A stretch of 64,000 nt of DNA from Longimicrobiales bacterium (GTDB taxonomy: Bacteria > Gemmatimonadota > Gemmatimonadetes > Longimicrobiales > Gaopeijiaceae), in assembly GCA_965204735.1 (NCBI GenBank), contig OZ242008.1, forward strand, positions 832,001 to 896,000, given 5' to 3'. Below, piece by piece: positions 10,068 to 19,240 of this stretch (the stretch's first letter is position 1; every line of letters begins with the position of its first letter). Both the position numbers and the translations under genes were made by a program. Under the pieces are notes generated by a model. The model did no database searches. It saw nothing but the letters and a program-made list of their open reading frames with translations, and had not been told where the DNA came from.

Positions 10068-12710
10068 TCACAGCTCCTGCCCGTCTCCCGCACGCACGCG
10101 CGCCTGATCGAACCACATCAGCAACTTGGGGTCTTCCTGGATCACACTCTCGGGGATCTTCCTGGCTACGGCGATAATGGTGGCGTAGTCCTTCTTCTGC
10201 CAAGCCTGACGGAACCCGGCCCGCATCGCCTCCGCTCGGAACACCTTTAGCTTCCGTTCCTCCGTTTTCCTGTACTCGGCAAACTCCCGAATAAGTGCAC
10301 GCTCCCGCAACCGGATCAGATCGGCCTCCCTGTTGTGGTCGGCAACGTGCCAGACTCCCGCCTCGTCGGACAGAAAGTTCTGTTCCAGCAAGTCCGACAG
10401 TTCAACCGAGTGCTCGTGCCGGTTCCATCCAGCGAGCTCCCGTACGAACCGAGGGTGGAGGTCCTGAAACGTCTGGGGTTGATCGGAAAGGGTTTGGCGC
10501 AGCCACCGGATCGCCGACTCCTCGTCCGTGACGAATAGATCCATCTGAGCCGTGGTCCTCGGGCAATCTGCCACCAGCCGGTCGTACTCGGCCGCCTGGT
10601 CGGGCAGGAAGTACTGTCCTCCCCGTTCGGGAAAGCGTTGGCCGAGCCCGGAGTAGAACTCCGCTGATGAGATCGGGACCATCACGCCCCGTTGCACGTG
10701 AAAGGCAACCATGCGATCGAACAAGAGGTAGTTGTGACGCTCTGCAACCGCGTCCAAAGTCCCGTTCCTGACCTCAGGGAACGGCAGTTTCGCTAAGTGC
10801 ATCCGCACGAACTCCCACGCACTTCCATCGTGGCTAGCTTGCAGTCTTGTTCGGCCTTCTATCTCCTGTCGCGGCTTGTACGCAGAGATTGTCAAGTCCT
10901 GCTTGACCGTGGAGCCATAGCTTAGCTGCTTGGTGGTTCCCTTCTTCTTATCCAGCACGCGCACATCCGCGACCACGAAGCCGGCTTCGGACAGTGCCTC
11001 CTGGATAGCGACCCATACCGCATTGCGCGAATTGTGAAACTCCACTGTGATCCAGCGGCCCGGCTTGAGAACACGGTAGAATTCGCCAAATGCCCGTCGC
11101 ATCAAGCGTCGGTAGTCGACCAGGCTCTTGCCCTGGACGGCGTTGACGACGGCCTCTCGGCGGGGTTCGGTGCGGATGCCTAGCCATCCCTCAACCATCG
11201 TGTTCAGCTCGGAGTAGTTGAGGTTGCCGCCGAACGGCGGATCGGTGAAGATGTAGTCGATTGCGGCATTCGGCACGTTCCTAAGGTCCGTCGCGCTCTG
11301 TGTGCCGACTACGACGCCAGTGCTCCTAGGGCCGTCGCCGCATCTCCGCAGATCCGCTATCCGACTCCGTAGGTAGTTGGTGGCCGGAATCTCGGCGGTA
11401 AGCGGTGCGACGTAAAGTGTTCCCGACAGCGGCCCGACATGGCGGTCGTGATTCGGCATGTACCGGTTGAGGCGGCAGACGCGCTGGAGTGCGCCCGTCA
11501 GTACGAACAGACCGAGAAAGCGAGCCTCGCTGGCCGTCAGCCCTCGTATGCGATTCCAAAAGTCCGTTAGCAGAACAAGGTTGCGTCTAGTGAAGAAGTG
11601 GTGCAGGTGCGTGAAGCCGTGGGACCGCCTAGGTTGTTGTGTGTTGAAGCCGTCTGGCATGGCCACAACCGGCGGGCCGGGACGAAGCGAAGCATCGTCA
11701 AGGCGGGCGATGAGCGCGAGATCGGCGGCGTCGGGCGTCTTCTCGAAGCGTCGCTTGCCTAAGGCGTAGTTGATCAACACGGGCTGTTGCTCAGCTTGGC
11801 GCACCGGCACTGCAAGCTCCGGGTCGAATCGCGTGGTCCACAAACGTTCGAGGGTGCGGATCGAATGAAGCAATCCGCAATCGGGACAAGGTGCTTCGCT
11901 CGGCGTTTTCTGCTTGGGACCACGGAACACCAAATCCCAGTACACGATTCTGTGACCGCACGTGGGGCACAGAAACACATCGGCCCACACTATGTACTGT
12001 ATGTATCCTTGGTGCCGACCCTGGTGTGAGTCGCCTTCCGCGTTGACTCGCTTGATGGCGTCGTTTGTGCCGCGGGGCCAGCCCACATGGGCCGTGCGTA
12101 GCAGGTCGCCGTGTTCATGAGCCACTGCGGTGACAACCTCGTCAATTTCGTCGAGATGCTCGGCTAGTGCGCCGATGGCGTTCATGCCCGCCGTAATGAA
12201 CGTAGCAGCCGGGCTCAGGTCGCTGAGGACAGCCCGTCGAGCACCGTCGCCTTCCCTGGCGCACAGTTGGGCGGCCACGCCTGTCATGCCGGTTCCGCAG
12301 AAGCCGTCCAGGACCACCTCGCCTGGTTCAGTGAAGTGCAGTATGTATGGTACGATAGCCCGCGGCGGCACCTTGGTACTGTAGTAGTGGGCAAAGTACA
12401 GCGGATCGTTCTTGCCTACCGAGACATCCGCCGCGAAGGCAGCAACATCCGTGGCTTCGTCGGCGAAAGTGTGTTCCCTGATGCCACCGCCGGCGAACGT
12501 CTCGTCTCCCACGAACGGACTTGGACATGCCGTATAGTAGGGGGGCAAGGAAATGTCCAACACTCGGTCGGTGTTCGCAACCGGGGCACCTTCGATATCG
12601 AGCATCCCCGGCAGTTCGGCGGCTAGGCGCTGCCGCCCCTCCGCGGAGACAAGGCGTGGCCTCTCGGCAGCCAGGCTTCCGCTCGCACCGTCAAAAAGCG
12701 TCGTGGCCAA
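10068..12710 (-). CDS. large amino-DNA methyltransferase resembling BREX type 3 PglXI
   Basis: PPYYTACPSPF, AHYYSTKVP, motif I DGFCGTGMTG, two CxxC pairs, motif IV TDPPF, C-terminal EAMRAGF..AWQ..DY..QEDPKLLMW. Confidence 0.8.
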   Translation of the reverse strand: MATTLFDGASGSLAAERPRLVSAEGRQRLAAELPGMLDIEGAPVANTDRVLDISLPPYYTACPSPFVGDETFAGGGIREHTFADEATDVAAFAADVSVGKNDPLYFAHYYSTKVPPRAIVPYILHFTEPGEVVLDGFCGTGMTGVAAQLCAREGDGARRAVLSDLSPAATFITAGMNAIGALAEHLDEIDEVVTAVAHEHGDLLRTAHVGWPRGTNDAIKRVNAEGDSHQGRHQGYIQYIVWADVFLCPTCGHRIVYWDLVFRGPKQKTPSEAPCPDCGLLHSIRTLERLWTTRFDPELAVPVRQAEQQPVLINYALGKRRFEKTPDAADLALIARLDDASLRPGPPVVAMPDGFNTQQPRRSHGFTHLHHFFTRRNLVLLTDFWNRIRGLTASEARFLGLFVLTGALQRVCRLNRYMPNHDRHVGPLSGTLYVAPLTAEIPATNYLRSRIADLRRCGDGPRSTGVVVGTQSATDLRNVPNAAIDYIFTDPPFGGNLNYSELNTMVEGWLGIRTEPRREAVVNAVQGKSLVDYRRLMRRAFGEFYRVLKPGRWITVEFHNSRNAVWVAIQEALSEAGFVVADVRVLDKKKGTTKQLSYGSTVKQDLTISAYKPRQEIEGRTRLQASHDGSAWEFVRMHLAKLPFPEVRNGTLDAVAERHNYLLFDRMVAFHVQRGVMVPISSAEFYSGLGQRFPERGGQYFLPDQAAEYDRLVADCPRTTAQMDLFVTDEESAIRWLRQTLSDQPQTFQDLHPRFVRELAGWNRHEHSVELSDLLEQNFLSDEAGVWHVADHNREADLIRLRERALIREFAEYRKTEERKLKVFRAEAMRAGFRQAWQKKDYATIIAVARKIPESVIQEDPKLLMWFDQARVRAGDGQEL

Positions 12711-12716
12711 GCCGAG

Positions 12717-13736
12717 TCAGCCTTCCTCTTTCAAGAATCGAGCTACCAAGGGAAGCATCCTCTTCAACGTACTGCTTCCACCACCTCCACCACGCCTCGT
12801 CCCACCTAAATTGGGCGGCAATATTCCGCGCAACACGGCATAGTCGTACTGATCGCTTTGGCTTGTGGCGTAGTTGTTAAGATGGCTAATCCAGTCCTCC
12901 AGGATCTCGCCTTCAGGTTGGTAGATTTGGCTGCTTTGCATAGAATCCAGCTGGTTGTCCAGAAAGCCTATGTGCTCGCCGTTACCGCGCAAGAATTGTT
13001 GTGCAGCATAGTAGCATTGGCGGAAATGCCCGGTAAGGTTCTGGTGGCCGATGTTTTGGCAGCGCTCATGCAGAGTCCACGCACCGGCAAGTGTCTTGTT
13101 GCCAACCAACCACTTGTCAAACGCATAGATGTCGGGTATGTCCTGGGGTTCGGTTGTTTTCTGTCCGTAACCCAGCAAGTCGTCCAGCTCCCGTTGCACG
13201 TCGGCGAGGCCATGCAAGTCGGATACATCCTTCTCGTGTTCACTGATTTTTGCGCTGTGCTTGGATACCCATTCTCTCAACAGATGCAACTCCAGCGACT
13301 TCCCGTTCTTGTCAGCCTCGGCCTTGACGATCTCGGTCGCAGCAAGAGTTTCGTCCTCGGTAAGCTCCAGCATCAGTTCAAAGTTCTTGTCGAAGCCTGC
13401 GGACGACAGGTTGGCAGAGCCGACCAAGCCCGAGATGCAGTCGGCAAGATACGCCTTGGCGTGCACTCGCTGATGGACGACCAGGCGGATAGCGTGATCA
13501 TCTTCCTGCAACGGCATCAAGCACTTCACCAGATCATGGGGGCTCGAGAGTCCTGTGGCCCACTCGGACGGGCTGATTCGGCTCATGAACGTAAGAGTGA
13601 CGCCGGACGGAAGTGCCTTGGACAGTCGAGTCAATCCCTGCGAACTATAGAATGGAACGCACACCAGGAGCTGCTCCTGGCTCGCACCCACAACCCTGTC
13701 AAGGGTGCCCCACGTTGCTCGAATCACCTTCGCCAC
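12717..13736 (-). CDS. phospholipase D-family (single HKD) putative endonuclease with an unrecognised C-terminal domain
   Basis: VHAKAYLAD..GLVGSANLS..NFE. Visibly lower GC. Ends 6 bp before the MTase start. Confidence 0.8.
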   Translation of the reverse strand: MAKVIRATWGTLDRVVGASQEQLLVCVPFYSSQGLTRLSKALPSGVTLTFMSRISPSEWATGLSSPHDLVKCLMPLQEDDHAIRLVVHQRVHAKAYLADCISGLVGSANLSSAGFDKNFELMLELTEDETLAATEIVKAEADKNGKSLELHLLREWVSKHSAKISEHEKDVSDLHGLADVQRELDDLLGYGQKTTEPQDIPDIYAFDKWLVGNKTLAGAWTLHERCQNIGHQNLTGHFRQCYYAAQQFLRGNGEHIGFLDNQLDSMQSSQIYQPEGEILEDWISHLNNYATSQSDQYDYAVLRGILPPNLGGTRRGGGGGSSTLKRMLPLVARFLKEEG

Positions 13737-13845
13737 TTCACACTCCGAGTTTGTTGCGGAACCGCGGATCGACTCCGCGGCGAACCGAAAGGTAGCCTCC
13801 TCCCCCCGTTAGCTGCAAGCTCGCCGTCCAGGGCGACATCGACTC

Positions 13846-14074
13846 CACCAGCGTCCGCACCGGGTGCTCGACGCGGCTCGGGTCCCGGTCTTCGCGAAAG
13901 ACGGCGACCTGGTCGAAGCAATCTCCCGCCTGACGCAGGGACAGTGCGCCGGCGTTGGACGACGGCCCCACCGTTGAAGGCGGCGAGGCTTGCTTGGAGA
14001 AGAGGAGTTGGGTACCCTATGTTGGTAGCGAGTAAGAGAGGCCGATTGCCCGCCCCCGCTCGTGAGAAACTGGG
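13846..14074 (-). mobile_element. IS1380-family relic (one end plus a degenerate transposase N-terminus)
   Basis: Frameshifted AAFNGGAV/SSNAGALSLRQ..FREDRDPSRVEHPVRTLV resembles the IS1380 transposase N-terminus. GTGAGAAACTGGG at 14062-14074 resembles IS1380-type termini. Confidence 0.6.
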
Positions 14075-14261
14075 CTAGGGCCTTCTTGGGACTGGGACGG
14101 AACAGGCGGTCCCTTGTCCGTTGTTGGCGTGCGCTGGACGACCGAGGACTCCCTCGGCCTGGTGCTTGGCCCGGCCCGGAGTCAGTGCCAATCCTGCGGC
14201 TCGGGCGGCTTGCTCCGACCCGCGACCGCCTCCATGTAGGGCTGGCTTGAAAGGACTCGCA

Positions 14262-16700
14262 GTGACTGCTCCAACGGAACGCTCGAAAGCTCTCTTGCGC
14301 CGACTCGCGGGGACCGCGTGGGTCTTTGCGCTGGCCGCCTGCGCCGAATCCGGCCGCGCCGGTGCGGGCGAGGTCGGAGGCGACGGCGCGGTGCAGGTCC
14401 CGCCGCGTCCGCAGTACGCCGAAGCGGCGTCGGCGCTGGAAGCGATGATCGAACGGGAGCGGGAGCAGAAGGACCTGCGGGCCGTGTCCATAGTCCTGGC
14501 GGACGCGGAAGGGGTGGCTTGGGCCGCAGGGTTCGGGGAGCAGGCGCCGGGCGTCCCCGCAGACGCCGAGACGGCGTACCGAGTGGGCTCCGTGTCGAAG
14601 CTGTTCACCGACATCGCCGTCATGCAGCTGGCCGAGCGGGGCGAGATCGAGATCGACGCGCCCGTCGCCGACTACCTGCCGGAGTTCGCGCCAAGCAGCC
14701 AGTGGGACGCGACGATCACCCTGCGCCAGCTCATGTCCCACCGGTCCGGGCTGATCCGCGAGCCGCCGGCGGGACACTACTTCGACGACGCCGGAACCAC
14801 GCTGGCGGAAACGGTGGCCAGCTTGAACGGGACCGACCTCGTGTACGAACCCGGGTCCCGGACCAAGTACTCCAACGCCGGAATCGCCGTGGTCGGGCAC
14901 GTGCTCGAGAGGACCCAGGGCGAGCCCTTCGCCGAATACCTCGCCGAGGCGGTGCTCGAACCGCTGGGGATGGCGAGCAGCGCCTTCGCCCCCGAGCCCG
15001 ACGTGGTGGACGACTTGGCCCGCGCCTACATGTGGGGCCTGGACCGGGACCTCTTCGACGCGCCGACCTTCGAGCTGGGGATGGCCCCGGCCGGCAGCAT
15101 GTACTCCACGGTCCTGGACCTGGCCCGCTTCATGGGCGCCATGTTCGAGCGTGGAAATGGCGAGAACGGCCGCATCCTGTCTCCCGAGACCCTGGAGTCG
15201 ATGTGGCGGCCCCAATTCGCCGAGCCCGAGGCGACGGAGGGCTACGGCCTCGGGTTCCGCGTTCAGGAGAGCTTCGGCCAGCGACGGCTCGGCCACGGGG
15301 GCGCGATCTACGGCTTCTCCACCCAGCTGGCGTTCCTCCCCGACGCGCAGCTGGGCGTGGCGGTGGTCTCGGCGGTGGACGGCACCAACGCGGTCGCCGG
15401 TCGGGTGGCCGACGCGGCCCTCGAGCTGATGCTGGCCGCCTCTTCCGGCGAACCACTGCCCACCGAACCATTGCGCGGCACGCAACCCGTCGACCCTGCG
15501 ACGGCGCTGGCGCTGGAGGGCAGGTACCGCGCCGACGAAGAAGCCGTCGAGCTGGACGAGCGCAACGGCGAACTCTTCCTGACGCCGCTCCGCAGCGGTC
15601 CCACCGTCGCCCTTCGCACCCGCGGCGACACGCTGATCGTGGACGACCGACTGGCCTTCGGCGACCGCTACCTGCCGGTCGGCGACAGCGTCTTGCTGGC
15701 CCTCGACGGCGACACCGCCGGCCGACGTCTCGTCCGCCAACCGGCGCCCGATCTGCCGTCGCCTCCCCCCGATCGCTGGACCGGCCTGATCGGCGAGTAC
15801 GGCTGGGACTACAACGTGCTGTACGTGCTCGAGCGGGAGGGCCGGCTTCACGCCCTGATCGAGTGGTTCTACATGTACCCGCTGGAGGAGATCGGACCCG
15901 ACGTCTACGCCTTCCCGGAGTGGGGCCTCTACCATGGCGAGCGTCTCGTGTTCTCGCGGGACGCGGACGGCCGGGCGACTTCCGTGGAAGCGGCCTCGGT
16001 CGTCTTTCCGCGTCGAAACGTGGGCACCGAAGCCGGCGGCACCTTCAGGATCGATCCTGCGCGGCCCGTGGCCGAGCTCCGCGCCGAAGCGCTGGCCGCG
16101 TCGCCGCCCGACGAACCAGGCTCGTTCCGCGACTCGGAGCTGGTCGAAGTCGCGTCCGTGGAGCCGGGCGTCCGCCTCGACGTGCGCTACGCCACCACCA
16201 ACAACTTCATGTCGTCCGTCTTCTACGACGAGCCCAGGGTCTTCCTGCAGCGGCCGGCCGCCGAAGCCGTGGCCCGGGCTCACCGCGCGCTGGCGGAGCA
16301 CGGGTACGGTCTGCTCCTGCACGACGGATACCGTCCCTGGTACGTGACCAAGATGTTCTGGGACGCTACGCCCGAGTCGCAGAAGCTCTTTGTCGCCGAT
16401 CCGGCAAGCGGCTCGCGCCACAACCGGGGCTCGGCGATCGACCTGACCTTGTACGACTTGGCCACCGGCGCGCCCGTGGAGATGGTGGGCTCCTACGACG
16501 AGTTCTCGCCTCGCTCGTTCCCGAACTACCCGGGCGGAACCTCGCGCCAACGCTGGTTGCGCGAGCTCCTGCGCAGGGTCATGGAGGCCGAAGGCTTTAC
16601 CGTCTACGAAGCCGAGTGGTGGCACTTCGACCACGACGACTGGCGCGAGTACGCCCTGCAGAACGTCACGTTCGACCAGATTGGCCGTCCGCCCCGCTGA
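14262..16700 (+). CDS. lipoprotein fusion: serine hydrolase + D-Ala-D-Ala dipeptidase (VanX/DdpX, M15)
   Basis: Lipobox LAAC; SVSK, YSN, HGG; C-terminal DGYRP, SRHNRGSAIDL, EWWHF. Confidence 0.85.
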   Translation: MTAPTERSKALLRRLAGTAWVFALAACAESGRAGAGEVGGDGAVQVPPRPQYAEAASALEAMIEREREQKDLRAVSIVLADAEGVAWAAGFGEQAPGVPADAETAYRVGSVSKLFTDIAVMQLAERGEIEIDAPVADYLPEFAPSSQWDATITLRQLMSHRSGLIREPPAGHYFDDAGTTLAETVASLNGTDLVYEPGSRTKYSNAGIAVVGHVLERTQGEPFAEYLAEAVLEPLGMASSAFAPEPDVVDDLARAYMWGLDRDLFDAPTFELGMAPAGSMYSTVLDLARFMGAMFERGNGENGRILSPETLESMWRPQFAEPEATEGYGLGFRVQESFGQRRLGHGGAIYGFSTQLAFLPDAQLGVAVVSAVDGTNAVAGRVADAALELMLAASSGEPLPTEPLRGTQPVDPATALALEGRYRADEEAVELDERNGELFLTPLRSGPTVALRTRGDTLIVDDRLAFGDRYLPVGDSVLLALDGDTAGRRLVRQPAPDLPSPPPDRWTGLIGEYGWDYNVLYVLEREGRLHALIEWFYMYPLEEIGPDVYAFPEWGLYHGERLVFSRDADGRATSVEAASVVFPRRNVGTEAGGTFRIDPARPVAELRAEALAASPPDEPGSFRDSELVEVASVEPGVRLDVRYATTNNFMSSVFYDEPRVFLQRPAAEAVARAHRALAEHGYGLLLHDGYRPWYVTKMFWDATPESQKLFVADPASGSRHNRGSAIDLTLYDLATGAPVEMVGSYDEFSPRSFPNYPGGTSRQRWLRELLRRVMEAEGFTVYEAEWWHFDHDDWREYALQNVTFDQIGRPPR

Positions 16701-16746
16701 CGACCGGCGTCGCGCAGACCCGGGGCGTCGCGCCGGTCGGCGTCGC

Positions 16747-17694
16747 ATGGACCTGCGCCGCACCGACGGGCGCCGCATCCGAACCGACGCAGGCCTTGTG
16801 CTGATCGCCGTCATCTGGGGGCTCAACTTTCCCATCATGAAGTCGGCGATCCAAGCGGCGTCGCCGATGGCCGTGAACGCGCTTCGGTTTCCCCTGGCGG
16901 CGCTGACGCTCACCCTCCTCCTGCGCATTCAAGGGCGCCGTCTCCTGCCCCTGCGGAAGGAGTGGCCGCAGGTCGTGCTGCTGGGCGTCGTCGGCCACGT
17001 GGCCTTTCAGCTCTTGTTCATCTTCGCCCTCGACCTGACTTCCACGGGCAACTCGGCGCTCCTGCTGTCCACGGCCCCGGTGTGGATCATCCTCGTGGCG
17101 GCCGCGACGGGCCGGGAGCGCTTCAAGCCGACGGCGCTTCTCGGCTCCCTGATCACGCTGGCGGGGATGGTCTTCCTCGTTGCCGGGGGGTCGAGCGAGT
17201 TCGGCGGGAGCCGCCTGGGCGACCTGCTCATGGTGGGCGCGGCGATCGCATGGGCGGTCTACACAGTGGTCGGCCACGCGCCGATCAAGCGCCATGGGGC
17301 GTTGGAGGTCACCGCCTGGGCGCTCTGGGTCGGAACCCCGTGCCTCTTCCTGGCGGGTCTGCCCGACCTGCTCCGGATAGGCTTCGGCAACCTCGGCGCC
17401 GGCATCTGGGCCGCGGCCTTCTACTCGGGGGTGATGGCAGTCGCCGTCGCGTACCTGCTCTGGTACCGGGCCGTCGGCGCGATAGGCCAGAGCCGCACCG
17501 GCGTCTATCAGAACCTGGTGCCGGTCGTCGCCATGCTGGTGGCGTGGTCCTGGCTGGGGGAGACGCCGACACGCTTTCAGGTCGTCGGAACGGCCGTCAT
17601 CCTCGCCGGACTGGTGGTGGCCCGCAGCGCTTCCAGGGGGCCGACCAGGGGGCTGGCCGAGGGGCCGAGAAAGCGGGCGCGAGAGGGCCGGTAA
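16747..17694 (+). CDS. EamA/DMT family transporter
   Basis: IWGLNF, about 10 hydrophobic segments, LGET near the C-terminus. Confidence 0.88.
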   Translation: MDLRRTDGRRIRTDAGLVLIAVIWGLNFPIMKSAIQAASPMAVNALRFPLAALTLTLLLRIQGRRLLPLRKEWPQVVLLGVVGHVAFQLLFIFALDLTSTGNSALLLSTAPVWIILVAAATGRERFKPTALLGSLITLAGMVFLVAGGSSEFGGSRLGDLLMVGAAIAWAVYTVVGHAPIKRHGALEVTAWALWVGTPCLFLAGLPDLLRIGFGNLGAGIWAAAFYSGVMAVAVAYLLWYRAVGAIGQSRTGVYQNLVPVVAMLVAWSWLGETPTRFQVVGTAVILAGLVVARSASRGPTRGLAEGPRKRAREGR

Positions 17695-17900
17695 CACCCG
17701 GCGCGCTTCGGCGTAATAGATCGTTCAATCGCAGGCGGCGCCGGTTTCCCCCGGCGCGACGACAGCCCCTCCCCCAGCACGACAGCCCCTCCCCAGCGGA
17801 CCGACTTCGTGTCCTGGAAGCCTTTGCCGCTCTTGGACATCAGCCGGTCTCCCGGACGCCATCCCGCTCCCTTGGCAGCCAGCCGGTTCTGGTGAGCCGA

Positions 17901-17952
17901 GTTTCTGCGCATCCGCTTGTTTCCTGCACATCAGTCTGTTTTCTGCACATCC
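17901..17952 (+). repeat. three 18-19-bp-spaced direct repeats upstream of the second EamA gene (possible operator array)
   Basis: gtttctgcgcatcc (17901), gtttcctgcacatc (17919), gttttctgcacatcc (17938). Confidence 0.5.
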
Positions 17953-17974
17953 ATAGATCAAGGACCACGAAACG

Positions 17975-19240
17975 ATGGCGAACATCCCTACCCCCGCCGG
18001 GCCGGGCCTTACCCCCGCCGGGCCGGTCCCGGCCGTTGCCGGCTTGGCCGGCGCCGGACCGCTTGCGCCTCCGGGCGCATCGGCCAGTGGCGGCCGGCCA
18101 GCCGCGCCCTCCGACACCGCGGCTCGCTCCGACGCCCCGGCCACCCCGGACCGCAGCTGCGTGGCCGTGGAGGCCAGCCTGCTCCTGACCGCCGTCGTCT
18201 GGGGGCTCAACTTCCCCGTCCTGAAGGTCGCCCTCCAGGAGCTGAGTCCGCTGGTCGTCAACGCGGTCCGCTTTCCGTTGGCGGCTCTCGTCGTTGCTGT
18301 CCTGCTGCGGGCGCAGGGGCGGCGGCTGATTCCCCGCCACCGGGACTGGCCCCAGGTCGTGGCCCTGGGCGTGCTGGGGCACTTCGCCTACCAGCTCTGC
18401 TTCGTCTACGGCCTGTCGTGGACGTTGGCGGGCAACGCCGCGCTCCTCATGGCGACGACCCCCGTGTGGGTGGTGTGTCTGGCGGGGCTGCTGCGCGAGG
18501 AACGGTTCAGCCTCCGGGCGCTCTGCGGCGCCCTGGTCACCTTGGCGGGCACGGTCGTCCTCGTCGTCAACGGACATGGAGGGGAGGCGGGCGCCGCCGG
18601 TCCTCGGGCGACCCTGCGAGGCGATCTGGTGGTGCTGGCCGGGGTGATCATTTGGGCCGCCTACACCGTCCTGATCGGGCGCAGCGTGAAGCGGCACGGC
18701 GCCCTCGAAGTGACGGGATGGACCTTCTGGGCCGCGTCTCCCTTCATCTTCCTGGCGGGCGTTCCCAGCATGTGGACGGGCGACCTGGGGTCGGTGTCCG
18801 CGGGCGCGTGGGCGGCCGTCGCCTACTCGGGCATCTTGACCGTCGGTCTCGGGTACTTCGCGTGGTACCGGGCGGTGGGCGCGATCGGCCAGAGCCGCAC
18901 CGCGATCTACGCCAACTTCGTCCCGGTGGTCACCTTCGCGGGAGCGTGGCTGTGGCTGGGCGAGAGCCCAACGGCCGCGCAGCTGGGCGGCACCGTCGTG
19001 GTCCTGGCGGGGCTCGCCGTGGCGAGGCGGGGTCGGGGCGCGCGACCGGGGGCCTGGCGACGGGCCGCGAGCCGCTGGCGGAGGCGGATCGACCGCTGGC
19101 GGCGGCTGGGCGGCTGGCCGAGGCCTGGCGGCTGGCGGCGGCTTGGCGGAAGGTGGCCTCGCGGCGGCTGGCGGAGGCTCGCCGGGTGGCCTACCCGTCC
19201 GCGACGATCAGCATCCCCCTGGCCCGCAGCATCTGGTTGA
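17975..19240 (+). CDS. EamA/DMT family transporter, tandem paralogue with an Arg/Trp-rich tail
   Basis: VWGLNFP; WYRAVGAIGQSRT is shared with the upstream paralogue. Confidence 0.85.
   Translation: MANIPTPAGPGLTPAGPVPAVAGLAGAGPLAPPGASASGGRPAAPSDTAARSDAPATPDRSCVAVEASLLLTAVVWGLNFPVLKVALQELSPLVVNAVRFPLAALVVAVLLRAQGRRLIPRHRDWPQVVALGVLGHFAYQLCFVYGLSWTLAGNAALLMATTPVWVVCLAGLLREERFSLRALCGALVTLAGTVVLVVNGHGGEAGAAGPRATLRGDLVVLAGVIIWAAYTVLIGRSVKRHGALEVTGWTFWAASPFIFLAGVPSMWTGDLGSVSAGAWAAVAYSGILTVGLGYFAWYRAVGAIGQSRTAIYANFVPVVTFAGAWLWLGESPTAAQLGGTVVVLAGLAVARRGRGARPGAWRRAASRWRRRIDRWRRLGGWPRPGGWRRLGGRWPRGGWRRLAGWPTRPRRSASPWPAASG

Noticed and set aside
10068..13736. Complete BREX or DISARM system
   Set aside because: No PglZ, BrxC, helicase or DrmA/B genes are adjacent; reported as a two-gene module instead.
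16701..16746. Hairpin and GGCGTCGC repeats after the serine hydrolase-VanX gene as a terminator
   Set aside because: No U-tract, and the next gene starts immediately; such pairing is common at this GC content.
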